A stretch of DNA of 64,000 nt from Candidatus Muiribacteriota bacterium. GTDB lineage: Bacteria; Muiribacteriota; Muiribacteriia; Muiribacteriales; Muiribacteriaceae. Under the pieces are notes generated by a model. The model searched no databases. It was not told the DNA's origin and worked only from the letters and a program-made list of their open reading frames with translations. How positions within the stretch are numbered: the stretch's first letter is position 1; each line of letters starts with the position of its first letter. Both the position numbers and the translations under genes were made by a program. The stretch spans positions 5,281 to 69,280 of the forward strand of contig JBNJGP010000001.1 of the NCBI GenBank assembly GCA_051747805.1. The letters are read 5' to 3'. This document shows, one piece after another, positions 19,284 through 28,214 of this stretch.

Positions 19284-20323
19284 AAATAATCGGACTAGTA
19301 TTAAAACAAAAATATCAGATATTACAGAGAATTGGAGAAAATGAAAGATTTTATACTTTCAGAGGAATTAATATAAAAAATGAATCTCCAGTATTTATCA
19401 AGGTTGTAAAGCAGTCACTTCTTAAAGATAAGAAAAAAATTAAATTTTTCACAGAAGAAGTAAAATCCCTTGCAAAAATAAAACATGAAAACGTAGTAAA
19501 AGTATATGATGTTGATTTTAAAAACGGTATTTTATATGTGGTTACTGAATATATTGAGGGAAAAAGTCTTTATCAGTATATAAGCCAGAAGAAAAAATTT
19601 GATTTCTGGCAGGTTATTCAGATTGTAAATCAGCTTGCCTCTGTTTTGAAATATGCCTTTGATAAGGGAGTTAAATACAGAACTGTTAAACATTCAAATA
19701 TAATTATTACAGATGATATGAAGGTTAAAATTTTATCTTTTAACGTTCCCAGGTCAATTTTATCTCCGCTTCCTGTTAAAATAAAAGAAAACGAGGGTAT
19801 TGACCCGGATATTTTTTTTCTGGGAGTTGTTTTATATGAACTTTTCACACTTAAGTTTCCTCTCAGGGATAAGGATTTACCTGTAACAGATATTTCTATG
19901 CTGGATGAAAATCTACTTGATACAAGGTGGAATATAACATTTGCAGATATTGAGTCTCCCGAAAAAAAAGAAGGAATTGAAAAAGTGATTTATCATTCAG
20001 TTACCCGTAATATACTTGATAGATATAAAAGTATTGAGGAATTTTTAGATGATTTAAAACAATATATAGAAAAAAAAGATAGAAAAGAAAAAACAATGAA
20101 AACTGCAAGTGATGTTACAAATGAACTCGGTGTTAATGAATATGTTTTTAATAAGAGATTTAATGGAAAAAATAAAAATTATTCTAAAAAAACAAAAGAG
20201 GATAAAATATTCAATATTCCAGAGGAAGAACCGGGAGTATTAAGAAAGCAGATAATATTTTTAGTTTCTGCCTTCTCGGTAATTCTTGCGTTAATTTATT
20301 TTATTTACACGCTTCTGTTTTAA
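19280..20323 (+). CDS. Ser/Thr protein kinase-like pseudokinase with C-terminal TM anchor
   Basis: Hanks fold is recognisable (beta3 Lys in VFIKVV, helix-C Glu in EEVKSLAKIKHENVV, APE-region DIFFLGVVLYELFTLKFPL). Catalytic motifs are degenerate: Gly loop GENERF, HRD replaced by YRT (VKHSN retained), DFG replaced by SFN. C-terminal TM IIFLVSAFSVILALIYFIY. 4-nt overlap with the PASTA gene. Confidence 0.7.
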   Translation: MKIIGLVLKQKYQILQRIGENERFYTFRGINIKNESPVFIKVVKQSLLKDKKKIKFFTEEVKSLAKIKHENVVKVYDVDFKNGILYVVTEYIEGKSLYQYISQKKKFDFWQVIQIVNQLASVLKYAFDKGVKYRTVKHSNIIITDDMKVKILSFNVPRSILSPLPVKIKENEGIDPDIFFLGVVLYELFTLKFPLRDKDLPVTDISMLDENLLDTRWNITFADIESPEKKEGIEKVIYHSVTRNILDRYKSIEEFLDDLKQYIEKKDRKEKTMKTASDVTNELGVNEYVFNKRFNGKNKNYSKKTKEDKIFNIPEEEPGVLRKQIIFLVSAFSVILALIYFIYTLLF

Positions 20324-20334
20324 GGGAGATTATT

Positions 20335-20973
20335 ATGTTAGTAGCACCATCAATATTATCTTCAGATTTTAATATACTTGGTGAAGAGGTTAATAATGTA
20401 AAAGAAGCTGGTGCCGACTGGATTCACGTTGATGTGATGGACGGGCATTATGTTCCTAATATTACAATTGGTCCAGTAGTAATTAAAAATTTGAAAAAAA
20501 TATCAGAAAATCTTATTCTGGATTGTCATTTAATGATAACCAATCCTGATAAATATATAGAATCTTTTGTTGAGGCCGGAGCCGATATTATAACTGTACA
20601 TTCAGAAACCTGCCCTCACCTTAATAAAACTCTGAATTATATAAAAGAACTCGGGATAAAGGCCGGAGTAACATACAATCCTGCCACTTCCATGAATAAT
20701 TTAAAATATATAAAAGATATTGTTGATGTTGTGCTTATAATGTCGGTTAATCCAGGTTTTTCAGGACAGAAATTTATACCATCATCATTAGAAAAAATTA
20801 AAGAGGTTAGACAAATCTGCCCTCCTCATGTAAAAATACAGGTTGACGGGGGAATTAATAATAAAAATATTGCTGATATAAAAAAAGCCGGTGCAGATGT
20901 TGTGGTTGCCGGGTCTTATATTTTTGGTTCAGATAATTACAGAGAAAAAATAGAGAGTTTAAAAAGAGGATAG
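20335..20973 (+). CDS. rpe: Ribulose-phosphate 3-epimerase
   Basis: MLVAPSILSSDFNILGEEV...HVDVMDGHYVPNITIGP...VDGG are Rpe hallmarks. RBS AAGGGAG. Confidence 0.9.
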   Translation: MLVAPSILSSDFNILGEEVNNVKEAGADWIHVDVMDGHYVPNITIGPVVIKNLKKISENLILDCHLMITNPDKYIESFVEAGADIITVHSETCPHLNKTLNYIKELGIKAGVTYNPATSMNNLKYIKDIVDVVLIMSVNPGFSGQKFIPSSLEKIKEVRQICPPHVKIQVDGGINNKNIADIKKAGADVVVAGSYIFGSDNYREKIESLKRG

Positions 20974-20977
20974 TAAA

Positions 20978-21958
20978 ATGGCAGAATTAAGGAAGGATCC
21001 AGTTTCACAAAGATGGATTATTATATCTGACAAGGAGTTAAATCCTGAAGATTATCTTTATAACGAGGCTAAGAATTCCAACAACACAGAAAATTGTCCT
21101 TTCTGCGATAAAAATTCACATATGATTGAAAAGGAGATTTTAAGAACATCATATAATAATCGATGGGCTGCAAGAATTGTAAATAATAAATTTCCTGCCC
21201 TGATTTCTGAGGTAGAGCTTGAAAAAGAGGCGGACGGTGTTTATGATAAAATGAGTGGTTACGGCTATCATGAGGTTATAATTGACAGTTATGAACATTT
21301 TGTCCCGTTTCACAAGACAAGTCCCGAAAAGATAGAAAAAGTTCTTGAGGCCATGGTAAAAAGGTACAGAGAATTAAAAAAAGATAAGAATTTAAAATAT
21401 GTACTTTTTTTTAAAAATTACGGAGCTTCTGCGGGGGCTTCACTTTCCCATTCACATGCACAGCTTGTTGCTACGCCTGTTGTTCCAAAAATCGTAATGA
21501 ACGAGCTTCTTTTTTCAAAAAAATATTTTAATTATAAAGAAAGATGTTTATTCTGCGATTTAATTAATCAGGAAAAAAAAGATAAAGAGAGATTAATAAC
21601 TTTTAATCAGGATTTTTATGCGTTTGTTCCCTATGCTCCAAGATTTCCTTTTGAAACATGGATTTTACCTGAACTTCATAATTCCAGCTTTGGAAATATA
21701 AAAAATTGTGAATTGAAAAATTTAGCTGTTATAATTAAAGAATGTATTAACAGATTAGAAAAAGTTTTTAAAAACCTTCCTTTTAATTTTGTAATACATA
21801 CAGCTCCTTTTGAAAATAATTGTGGGGATTACTATCACTGGCATATTGAGATTATGCCCCGGCTGACAAAGGTGGCCGGTTTTGAATGGGGCTCGGGGTT
21901 TTATGTAAATGAAACAAGCCCTGAAAAAGCTGCCGGGATTTTAAGAGAGGCATTTTAG
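20978..21958 (+). CDS. GalT-like (HIT superfamily) hexose-1-phosphate nucleotidyltransferase, paralog 1
   Basis: Zn-site CPFCDKNSH. HIT-type HSHAQ histidine motif (SLSHSHAQLV). C-terminal HWHIEIMPRLTKVAGFEWGSGFYVN, conserved with paralog 2. Confidence 0.75.
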   Translation: MAELRKDPVSQRWIIISDKELNPEDYLYNEAKNSNNTENCPFCDKNSHMIEKEILRTSYNNRWAARIVNNKFPALISEVELEKEADGVYDKMSGYGYHEVIIDSYEHFVPFHKTSPEKIEKVLEAMVKRYRELKKDKNLKYVLFFKNYGASAGASLSHSHAQLVATPVVPKIVMNELLFSKKYFNYKERCLFCDLINQEKKDKERLITFNQDFYAFVPYAPRFPFETWILPELHNSSFGNIKNCELKNLAVIIKECINRLEKVFKNLPFNFVIHTAPFENNCGDYYHWHIEIMPRLTKVAGFEWGSGFYVNETSPEKAAGILREAF

Positions 21959-21975
21959 GAATAACTGGAGGTCTT

Positions 21976-23409
21976 ATGAATATTACCCATATTTGTTCAG
22001 AGTTAAATCCTTTTATAAAAACTGGTGGACTGGCCGATGTTACGGGGTCACTGCCAAAAGCTCAGGCTAAGTCTAAAAATGAAATAAACATTATTGTACC
22101 ACTTTATAAAGATATAATAGAAAATTATTCTCTGGATTACTATGCTGACTTTCCAATGGAAACGCCCCTGGGGCTTAAAACAGTTATTGTTAAAAAAACT
22201 AAAATTAAAAGAAAGTTGACAGTTTATTTTATAGGTGAACACTCCTATTTTTATAGAGATAAAATCTATGGTGATTATGAAGATAATCCGCAGCGTTTTG
22301 CATTTTTTTCAAAGGCGGCACTTAACTTTCTGGAAAAATATAATAATATTCCAGATGTTGTTCACTGTCATGACTGGCAGACCGGACTTGTATCTCTTTA
22401 TGCCCGGGGGAATAATAAATTTAAAAACACGGTTTTTGGTTATACTATTCATAATATAGCATTTCAGGGCTTATTTGATTTTACTGATTTATACTCTCTT
22501 GAGCTGAACTCCTATTATTTTACACCCGATAAGCTTGAATTCTTTGGAAAAGGGAGTTTTTTAAAAGCTGGTATTATTTATTCAGATTTTGTAAACACAG
22601 TAAGTCCAACTTATAGAGACGAAACCTTTACCCCAGAATATGGTTTTGGTCTTCAGGGGCTTCTTGAATGGAAGCGTAAGGATTATTATGGTGTTATAAA
22701 TGGAATAGATAAGGATGAATGGAATCCTCTCAAAGATAATAAAATATTTAATAACTACTCATATTTAAAAATTGCCGAAAAAGAACCTAATAAAAAAGAA
22801 CTTTTAAAAAAGGTAAATCTTCCCTTTAAAAAGGACAGGGCCCTATTTGTTTCAATAACTAGACTGGCGGATCAGAAAGGGATAGACCTTATTATTAATT
22901 CTGCCTCAAACATCGTGAAAAAAGGTCATTATCTCATAATTCTTGGAAGTGGGGACACTTTTTATGAAGAGCTTCTAAAAGAGTTTGAAAAAAAATTCCC
23001 TCAGAATATAAGGGTATTTCTTAGATATGATTTTGAACTTGCGCATCAGCTTTATGCTGGCGGTGATTTTTTTCTTATGCCCTCAAAATTTGAGCCCTGT
23101 GGTTTAAGTCAGCTAATATCAATGAGATATGGAAACATTCCTGTTGTAAGAAAAACAGGAGGGCTTGCTGATACTGTAGATGATTGGAGCGAAAAAGAAA
23201 AAAAGGCGACGGGATTTGTTTTCAGAAACTTTGACTCTGATTCTTTTAATTATACGATAAACAGGGCGCTTGATGTTTTTAAAAAAGAAAAAGATTTTAA
23301 AAGTTTAATTAAAAATTGTATGAAGCAGAATTTTTCATGGGATGAAACAGCCAAAACTTATAAGAAACTGTATGAAAAATATACAAAAAAAAATCCGGAG
23401 AAATATTAA
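21976..23409 (+). CDS. glgA: Glycogen/starch synthase (GT5, NDP-glucose dependent)
   Basis: N-terminal KTGGLADV motif, HCHDWQTGL, C-terminal GGLADTV. RBS GGAGG. Confidence 0.9.
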   Translation: MNITHICSELNPFIKTGGLADVTGSLPKAQAKSKNEINIIVPLYKDIIENYSLDYYADFPMETPLGLKTVIVKKTKIKRKLTVYFIGEHSYFYRDKIYGDYEDNPQRFAFFSKAALNFLEKYNNIPDVVHCHDWQTGLVSLYARGNNKFKNTVFGYTIHNIAFQGLFDFTDLYSLELNSYYFTPDKLEFFGKGSFLKAGIIYSDFVNTVSPTYRDETFTPEYGFGLQGLLEWKRKDYYGVINGIDKDEWNPLKDNKIFNNYSYLKIAEKEPNKKELLKKVNLPFKKDRALFVSITRLADQKGIDLIINSASNIVKKGHYLIILGSGDTFYEELLKEFEKKFPQNIRVFLRYDFELAHQLYAGGDFFLMPSKFEPCGLSQLISMRYGNIPVVRKTGGLADTVDDWSEKEKKATGFVFRNFDSDSFNYTINRALDVFKKEKDFKSLIKNCMKQNFSWDETAKTYKKLYEKYTKKNPEKY

Positions 23410-23411
23410 CA

Positions 23412-24422
23412 ATGAGAGATTACAGAAAAGACCCAATTACACGACGCTGGGTAATAATATCTTCTGATAGAAGCAAGAGACCAAGAGATTTTGGTCATGT
23501 AACAGATATTACTGATGACAAAAACTGCCCTTTCTGCGAAGGAAACGAAGATATGACTCCTCCTGAAATTTTTGCACTCCGGGAAAATGGCGAAGAAAAC
23601 GGCCCAGGGTGGAAGGCAAGAGTAATTCCTGACAAATATTCCATTCTTGAAAATAGAGGAGATGTTAAAAAAAAGGGCCATGGTATATATGATAGCATGA
23701 GTGCCACAGGATTTCATGAACTTATAATAGAAACGCCTAATCATATGGGAAGTCTTGCAAATTTAAGTTTTGATGAAATAAAAACCTATTTAAAGGTGTT
23801 AAAAACAAGAATGGGGGAACTTAAAAACGATTATAGAATACAGTATATACTTGCCGTTAAAAATTATGGATCTGAGGCAGGGGCCAAGTTTAAACATTCA
23901 CATTCACATTCTCATATTGTTGGCCTGCCTATTGTTCCAAAAAGAGTTAAAGAAGAGATTGACGGAGCAAAAGAATATTACAGCTTCCGGGAAAGATGTG
24001 TATTCTGTGATATTGCCGCCCAGGAACTTGCTGAAAACGAAAGAATAATATTAAATAATGAGGATTTTATATCATTATGTACATATGCGGCCCGGTTTCC
24101 ATATGAAACACATATTTATCCTAAAAAACATATTTCATCCTTTGAGGATACGCCTGAGGAAATGTTTGATAATCTGGCCCGTATTTTAAAAAAAACTATT
24201 TTATCTTTATGTAAGGTTATTGATACATTAGCCTATAATATAGTTATTCATACTAAACCAGTTAACCAGGTTGTGCCTGTTTTATATCACTGGCATATTG
24301 AAATAATGCCTAGAGTAACAAAAGTTGCAGGGTTTGAATGGGGTTCAGGTTTTTATATTAATTCTGTTCTTCCTGAAGATGCTGCAAAGTTAATGAAAGA
24401 AAAAATTAATGAGGGGGTTTAA
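23412..24422 (+). CDS. GalT-like (HIT superfamily) hexose-1-phosphate nucleotidyltransferase, paralog 2
   Basis: CPFCEGNEDM, FKHSHSHSHIVGLP, HWHIEIMPRVTKVAGFEWGSGFYIN. Same architecture as 20978..21958. Confidence 0.75.
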   Translation: MRDYRKDPITRRWVIISSDRSKRPRDFGHVTDITDDKNCPFCEGNEDMTPPEIFALRENGEENGPGWKARVIPDKYSILENRGDVKKKGHGIYDSMSATGFHELIIETPNHMGSLANLSFDEIKTYLKVLKTRMGELKNDYRIQYILAVKNYGSEAGAKFKHSHSHSHIVGLPIVPKRVKEEIDGAKEYYSFRERCVFCDIAAQELAENERIILNNEDFISLCTYAARFPYETHIYPKKHISSFEDTPEEMFDNLARILKKTILSLCKVIDTLAYNIVIHTKPVNQVVPVLYHWHIEIMPRVTKVAGFEWGSGFYINSVLPEDAAKLMKEKINEGV

Positions 24423-25835
24423 ATGAAATTTTATAATGATGGATGGTATGGTAAAATTTCAGATGATTTTATTTATTCTAATATTAAAACCCTGGCCAAA
24501 GCTATTGCTAAATACATAATTTCTCATGATCTTGCTAAAAAAAAGGTGATAATTGGTTATGATAGCCGTTTCTTATCGTATGAGCACGCTCAGCTTGTAG
24601 CAGAGGTGCTAATGGGTAATAAACTTGACTGCTGTATTTCCGATAGAGATGTTCCTTCTGTTTTTACTGCGGCAACTTTGAAAAGTTATAAAGGGGCCTC
24701 TGCTGTTCATATTACCGGGCAGAATCAGAAGTATTTTAACAATGGGCTGCTTTTTTTCCCCGAATATGCCGGTCCTCCTTTCAGCCATATTTCAATGGAA
24801 ATTGAAAGAAATATCAGATTGATTAAAGACCTTGATGAAGAAATCGAAATAAAAGGTTTTCAAAAGGGAATTGCCGTAAACTCTCTTCAGGCAATTGATT
24901 TTTACTCAGAATATGCAAAATGTGTTAACAGAATAATTGATTTAAAGAAATTTAAGGATAGTGATTTAAAGATTGTAGTTGATTATATGAATGGCAGTAT
25001 GAGGCATTTTTTAAATAAATTAGTACCAAGAGGGGTTGAATGGATAGAATTAAATCATACATTTAATCCTTATTTTAATGGAATAAAGCCTGACCCTGTT
25101 TCAGGTAAGCTGGAATTTCTTGTAGAAAACATTAAAAATACTGAGGCTGATTTTGGTGTGGCTTTTGATTCTGACGGTGGAAATATATGTTTTATTGATT
25201 CAAATGGACAAAAAATCCATAGGGATATTCTCCTTGGAATTGTTCTTGAATATATTATTAAAAACAAAACTAAAAATGGAATTGTGGTTAAAACAAATTC
25301 AACTACCTCATTAGTGGATGAAGTTTGTCAGAAAAATGGAGTTGAAATAGAAGAAACATATTCTGGATTCAGGCATATTGTTGAAAGATTAATTAAAAAC
25401 AAGGTGATTCTCGGAGCTGATAATTCTGGTGGTATAACAAGTTCTGATCATGTTCCCGTTAAAGATTCAGTTCTTTTTCTTCTTTATATAATTGAAATAA
25501 TGAGTCTGAAGAAGAAATCCCTGACTGAACTGGTTGAGGAATTCAATAGCGAGTATGGACAATTTTATTCAAAATGTTTTGAAATAAAACATAATTCAGA
25601 AGAGGAAAAGCTTAGAATAATTAGTAAATTAAAAAAATTCAGTGATTCTTTCAGAGAAGAAGATATAAAAGATATTTATCAAACAGATGGTTTAAAAATG
25701 ATATTTAAAGATAAAAGCTGGTTTTACATTAGAATTCACTCTGCGGCATTAAAATCTGAGGTTATTATTGAAAGTCAGGATAAAAATATTACAGAAAAAC
25801 TTCAGAATAAAATAAATAAAATCTTAAAAGATTAA
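24423..25835 (+). CDS. Alpha-D-phosphohexomutase superfamily protein (PGM/PMM-like), divergent active-site loops
   Basis: Domain II metal loop AFDSDGGNICFID (cf. DGDGDR). Domain III ADNSGGITSSDHVPVKD (cf. GEESFGTGSDHIREKDG). The catalytic phosphoserine loop (T/SASHNP) is not recognisable; the closest is GASAVHITGQN. Confidence 0.6.
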   Translation: MKFYNDGWYGKISDDFIYSNIKTLAKAIAKYIISHDLAKKKVIIGYDSRFLSYEHAQLVAEVLMGNKLDCCISDRDVPSVFTAATLKSYKGASAVHITGQNQKYFNNGLLFFPEYAGPPFSHISMEIERNIRLIKDLDEEIEIKGFQKGIAVNSLQAIDFYSEYAKCVNRIIDLKKFKDSDLKIVVDYMNGSMRHFLNKLVPRGVEWIELNHTFNPYFNGIKPDPVSGKLEFLVENIKNTEADFGVAFDSDGGNICFIDSNGQKIHRDILLGIVLEYIIKNKTKNGIVVKTNSTTSLVDEVCQKNGVEIEETYSGFRHIVERLIKNKVILGADNSGGITSSDHVPVKDSVLFLLYIIEIMSLKKKSLTELVEEFNSEYGQFYSKCFEIKHNSEEEKLRIISKLKKFSDSFREEDIKDIYQTDGLKMIFKDKSWFYIRIHSAALKSEVIIESQDKNITEKLQNKINKILKD

Positions 25836-25846
25836 GGGGATTTTTT

Positions 25847-26389
25847 ATGCATATCAGGAAAAATTATTTTGTTGATAAGGGTTTTCAGACTGAAATTATA
25901 TTTGCTCTGCTTTTTTTAACTTTTTTTATTATTTTCATAACTTTTTTTAATCTGTATTTTTTTGTAGAGTATTTTACTTTAAACGTTCTTGAACCTGAAG
26001 AGTATAAGCAGTTTACACTTCTTTTATCAAAAGCCTGGACGCTTTTGAGTGATAAAATATTTTTTTTGCTTTTTATTGACTTTTTGATAATTGTGTTTGT
26101 TGGATTATTTCTATCTCATCAGATAGCAGGACCTGGTTTTAAATTAAAAAAATCCATAAATAAAATTGCAGATGGCAACTTAAACTTTAAAGTAAAGCTG
26201 AGGCAGGGAGATAAGTTCGTATCAATGGCTGAAAGTTTAAATTATTTAATTGAAAAATATCAGAACAGGTTTAAATCATTAAAATTTTATACTGCAAAAC
26301 TTAAAGACTCAATTATTGAGAAAAAGGACAAAGAGGCCCTGGAAAATCTTGGGGAAATTGAAAAAAATATGGATGAAATAAATTTTTAA
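25847..26389 (+). CDS. Small membrane protein with two TM helices and a HAMP-like domain, no output domain
   Basis: TM1 IIFALLFLTFFIIFITFF and TM2 FFLLFIDFLIIVFVGLFL, followed by the HAMP-like sequence LSHQIAGPGFKLKKSINKIADGNLNFKV. Ends at 180 aa. RBS AAGGGGA. Confidence 0.45.
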   Translation: MHIRKNYFVDKGFQTEIIFALLFLTFFIIFITFFNLYFFVEYFTLNVLEPEEYKQFTLLLSKAWTLLSDKIFFLLFIDFLIIVFVGLFLSHQIAGPGFKLKKSINKIADGNLNFKVKLRQGDKFVSMAESLNYLIEKYQNRFKSLKFYTAKLKDSIIEKKDKEALENLGEIEKNMDEINF

Positions 26390-26391
26390 TA

Positions 26392-26985
26392 ATGATTTTA
26401 GGTATTTGTGGAAAAATTGGCAGTGGAAAAACATTGTTGTCTGAATTTTTTAAAAATAATCAAAACAGTTATATAATTAACTGCGACAAACTGGCCTCAG
26501 AGTTAATTAACGATAAACAGGAAATTCTTGAATTAATTTCAAAAAATTTCGGCTCCAAACTGATTATAAATAATCAGCTGAATAAAAAAATGATGAGAAA
26601 AATTGTCTTCAATGATAAAAAAAGTCTTTATAAACTTAATCAGATAGTTCATCCCTTTCTTTTTAATGAAGTGAAAAATATTTTAAATATAGAAGAGCTT
26701 AAATCTGAATACAGTTATATAGTTGTAGAGGCTGCTGTTTTATATGAAGCTTCTTTATATAAGCTTGTTGATAAAATTATATGGGTGAGTGCAAAGCTGC
26801 ATAATATACTTCAGAGAGTAAGTTTAAGGGATAAAGATAAAAGAAAAAATATTGAAAATATATACAAAATTCAAAAATCATATAATGAAGTGCAACCAGA
26901 GCCTGATATAGTTATAGAAAATAATAAAACAGTCAATGAATTTAAAAAAAAAGCAGGGAGTCTTGTTGCCTCCCTTAATAAATAA
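26392..26985 (+). CDS. coaE: Dephospho-CoA kinase
   Basis: P-loop ILGICGKIGSGKT at the N-terminus, ~197 aa, CoaE-like layout (HP motif in IVHPFL). Confidence 0.75.
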   Translation: MILGICGKIGSGKTLLSEFFKNNQNSYIINCDKLASELINDKQEILELISKNFGSKLIINNQLNKKMMRKIVFNDKKSLYKLNQIVHPFLFNEVKNILNIEELKSEYSYIVVEAAVLYEASLYKLVDKIIWVSAKLHNILQRVSLRDKDKRKNIENIYKIQKSYNEVQPEPDIVIENNKTVNEFKKKAGSLVASLNK

Positions 26986-27116
26986 CTTGAGTTTAGCAAA
27001 AAATAGAAATTTTAACCTGTCAGCAATTCTCAATGAAAATAGAGAAAATCCTTGATTTGATGGGGTCAGGCCGAGCCCAAATTTAAGCCAGCAGAGGTCG
27101 GCCTGACCACTCAAGT
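26986..27116. repeat. Intergenic repeat element copy A (TIR-bearing MITE-like / structured-RNA-like family); internally deleted and inserted relative to copy C
   Basis: Shares its first 29 nt (cttgagtttagcaaaaaatagaaatttta) exactly with the element at 40791. Contains an 11-bp perfect hairpin GGTCAGGCCGA/TCGGCCTGACC. Ends in ACTCAAGT, matching the right TIR of copy C. Fills the whole gap between convergent coaE and the dehydrogenase gene. Confidence 0.6.
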
Positions 27117-27125
27117 TTAAATTTA

Positions 27126-28037
27126 CTATATAAAGTCTTTAATAATTGAAACTATTTCATCACCAACACGCCCCTGTGCTTCTTTTGTCTGTGCTCCAAC
27201 ATGAGGAGAGGCCACAAGAACTTTTTCGTGGTTAACAAGGTCAGAATTATCTGTTGGTTCTTTTTCATAAACATCAATTCCTGCTCCGGCAATTTCATCA
27301 TTATTTAAAGCATTAAGCAGAGATTTTTCACAAACTACACCACCGCGGGCACAGTTAATAAGAAATGAAGTGTTTTTCATTTTTTTAAGCTCATCTTCGG
27401 CAATTACAGGTTCGCCTGTAAAAGGAACGTGAAGTGAGATAAAGTCGGCGTATGATAAAACAGCTTCTTTATCTTTGAAATCAATGTATGAGGGAAGATT
27501 ATCGACTTTGAAAACATCACAGGCAACTACTTTCATACCAACAGCATTAGCAACTTTCGCAAGCTGTTGTCCTATTCGTCCAATTCCTATAATTCCAAGG
27601 GTTTTTCCGGCTAGTTCAAACCCTTTGAATTTTTTCTTTTCCCATTTACCTTCTTTCATTGAAGTGGTTGAATTATAGAGATTTCTTGCAATTGTAAACA
27701 TCATGGCAATTGCTAATTCTGCAACTGCAGCTGAGCTTGCACTTGGAGTATTTGTAACTTTAATTCCTAATTCTCTAGCTCTATCAAGGTCAATATTATC
27801 AAGCCCAACACCACCTCTGATAATAAGTTTCATATTTTGAGCTTTTTCAAGAATTTCTGCTCTCATTTTTGTGGCAGAACGTACAACTGCGATATTATAC
27901 TCTGGTACAACTTCTTTTAACTCATCAGGATTCATACCTGTTTTAACAGTAACATCCAAACCTGAAATGTTTTTTAATGCTTCAAGACATGAATCGGCAA
28001 CCGGATCACAAATTAACGCTTTCATAAAGCCTCCCAT
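27126..28037 (-). CDS. D-isomer-specific 2-hydroxyacid dehydrogenase family (phosphoglycerate dehydrogenase/hydroxypyruvate reductase-like), NAD-binding
   Basis: GIIGIGRIGQQLAKVANAVGMKVVACD (NAD Rossmann). Catalytic region NCARGGVV..E..L and HVGAQTKEA (His/Glu pair). Confidence 0.8.
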   Translation of the reverse strand: MGGFMKALICDPVADSCLEALKNISGLDVTVKTGMNPDELKEVVPEYNIAVVRSATKMRAEILEKAQNMKLIIRGGVGLDNIDLDRARELGIKVTNTPSASSAAVAELAIAMMFTIARNLYNSTTSMKEGKWEKKKFKGFELAGKTLGIIGIGRIGQQLAKVANAVGMKVVACDVFKVDNLPSYIDFKDKEAVLSYADFISLHVPFTGEPVIAEDELKKMKNTSFLINCARGGVVCEKSLLNALNNDEIAGAGIDVYEKEPTDNSDLVNHEKVLVASPHVGAQTKEAQGRVGDEIVSIIKDFI

Positions 28038-28214
28038 TTTTTTTATTTAATCAGATTTTGATTAAATAAAATTATAACATTCCTTTTTTTTTATTCAACA
28101 AAAAAACATTACTTTCCGATTAAGTTATGAGGTCCTGACAAAGGTTTTACAATTAAAATTGATATTATATAGAGCATATTAGAATTGCCCATAATAAATC
28201 AGGAGGAATAGTTT

